Assembly: GCA_029932645.1 (NCBI GenBank) | Contig: JAOZPR010000012.1 | Coordinates: 1 to 17,827, forward strand | DNA from: Candidatus Aenigmatarchaeota archaeon | Lineage (GTDB): Archaea; Aenigmatarchaeota; Aenigmatarchaeia; GW2011-AR5; JAGGXF01 | Direction: 5' to 3' | DNA: 17,827 nucleotides | Part shown: positions 16,979 to 17,827 of the stretch, piece after piece | Layout: each line of letters begins with the position of its first letter | How positions within the stretch are numbered: position 1 is the first letter of the stretch | Translations under genes and position numbers: made by a program | The notes under the pieces: model-generated | The model's input: only the letters and a program-made list of their open reading frames with translations | What the model was told of the DNA's origin: nothing | Databases searched by the model: none

Positions 16979-17106
16979 GCCCCGGTAGCTCAGCTGGTAC
17001 GCGATACGCAGCAAAGAGCGTTCGCCTCGTATGCGCTGGTTTGTTTGGATCCGATTTTTCAAGCCAAGAAAGCGAAAGGTCATGGGTTCGATGCCCATCC
17101 GGGGCT
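16979..17106 (+). tRNA. trnT: tRNA-Thr(CGU) with two introns (16999-17014 at position 20/21; 17032-17070 at position 37/38)
   Basis: Acceptor GCCCCGG/CCGGGGC + U73; D stem GCTC/GAGC; anticodon stem TTCGC/GCGAA with spliced loop CT-CGT-AA; variable loop AGGTC; T arm ATGGG-TTCGATG-CCCAT. Removing 16 + 39 nt gives a 73-nt cloverleaf. CCA is not encoded. Confidence 0.92.
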
Positions 17107-17649
17107 TCAGTGTCCTGTCTTTGGAATCTTCCTGAGCTGCCTGACCAGTTTGTTTATACCCTTCTTGACGTCATCGACTTTCTTTGCGCCGACGCATACA
17201 ACATTGCCAGACGAGAACAACAAGAAAACTACATGTGGGTCATCCATTCTGTAGACCAAGCCTGGAAATTGCTCAGGCTCATACTCTGTATTCTGAAAAT
17301 AGAAACCGATTTTGTCCAGATTTATCTCTTTGCCTATGTTTGCTGTTGCAACTATATTTTGAATCTTGAGAACAGATTTCTTTTTTACCCTGACGCCATA
17401 GCCTCTTAAAATTTTTATCACTTGATTAAAAACCTCTCTGGCCTGTGCAACGCTTTTTACACCCGTGATATTCAGCCTGCCAGAAGAGAAAAGCAGGATG
17501 CCTGATTTCGGCTCCTCTGTTCTGTAAATTAGGCCTGGAAATTGCTCAGGCTCATATTCAGACTTGTCCAGCTTAACAGAGAGCTCATCTAACTTTATCT
17601 CTCTGTTTACCGAAGTAGAAAGGATCATATTCTGGACTTTGAACTTCAT
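17107..17649 (-). CDS. tbp: TATA-box-binding protein
   Basis: Two repeats of QN-V/I..EYEPEQFPGL-YR..P....LLFSSG....G-K. Confidence 0.98.
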   Translation of the reverse strand: MKFKVQNMILSTSVNREIKLDELSVKLDKSEYEPEQFPGLIYRTEEPKSGILLFSSGRLNITGVKSVAQAREVFNQVIKILRGYGVRVKKKSVLKIQNIVATANIGKEINLDKIGFYFQNTEYEPEQFPGLVYRMDDPHVVFLLFSSGNVVCVGAKKVDDVKKGINKLVRQLRKIPKTGH

Positions 17650-17827
17650 ATATATTTAATATACAGAAACAACCTTAAACGTTTGGTTCGCTGGATTGAG
17701 AAGATGTATTCAATCTCCGTATAATAAATATAGTAAAAACAAAAATTGCTGCCAAAAGAAAATAGCAAAAAAGTGCCGTGCGCAGCTGAACACCAAGTCC
17801 TCGAACTTACTTATTATAGACCAAGGT

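Noticed and set aside
17021..17076. Alternative anticodon assignments (Ser, Phe) from other splice positions
   Set aside because: No long variable arm for Ser and the loop length is wrong for Phe; G1-C72, C2-G71, U73 and U36-A37-A38 all fit Thr.
16910..17409. Plus-strand ORFs 16910-17254, 17041-17409 and 17184-17369
   Set aside because: They overlap the tRNA gene and are antisense to tbp; no recognisable protein features.
17678..17827. Hydrophobic minus-strand reading frame at the window end
   Set aside because: The TM-like frame has an upstream in-frame stop and no clear start; cannot be resolved without flanking sequence.

Overview
Archaeal chromosomal segment, most consistent with a DPANN-type archaeon (TBP, Pth2, Methanococcales/Thermococcales-type S-layer protein, BHB-type tRNA introns, GGTGA Shine-Dalgarno motifs; the lineage is inference). 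The left ~13.8 kb is a cell-envelope/glycosylation neighbourhood: DedA/VTT protein, PHP phosphoesterase, Dol-P-sugar-synthase-like GT2, processive GT2 with a thioredoxin-like partner, GT-C/PMT-type transferase, UPF0104 flippase-like protein, a UbiA-family polyprenyl-phosphate phosphoribosyltransferase, small exported proteins, the S-layer protein and a membrane-anchored wHTH protein, with pth2 and truD embedded. The right part holds a wHTH + RelE-like toxin-antitoxin-like pair whose toxin is broken by a 1-nt frameshift, a hypothetical gene, marC, amrS, a tRNA-Thr(CGU) gene with two introns, and tbp. Signals the ORF track misses: the double-intron tRNA (with a wobble-position mismatch in its BHB helix and intron-anticodon complementarity), the frameshifted toxin, a structured ~130-nt S-layer leader with mutually exclusive stems, a 34-aa membrane microprotein, a bipartite tandem repeat at 7892-7982, and an identical 24-bp block in the two TBP repeats. 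All family assignments come from motif recognition by eye, not from searches.
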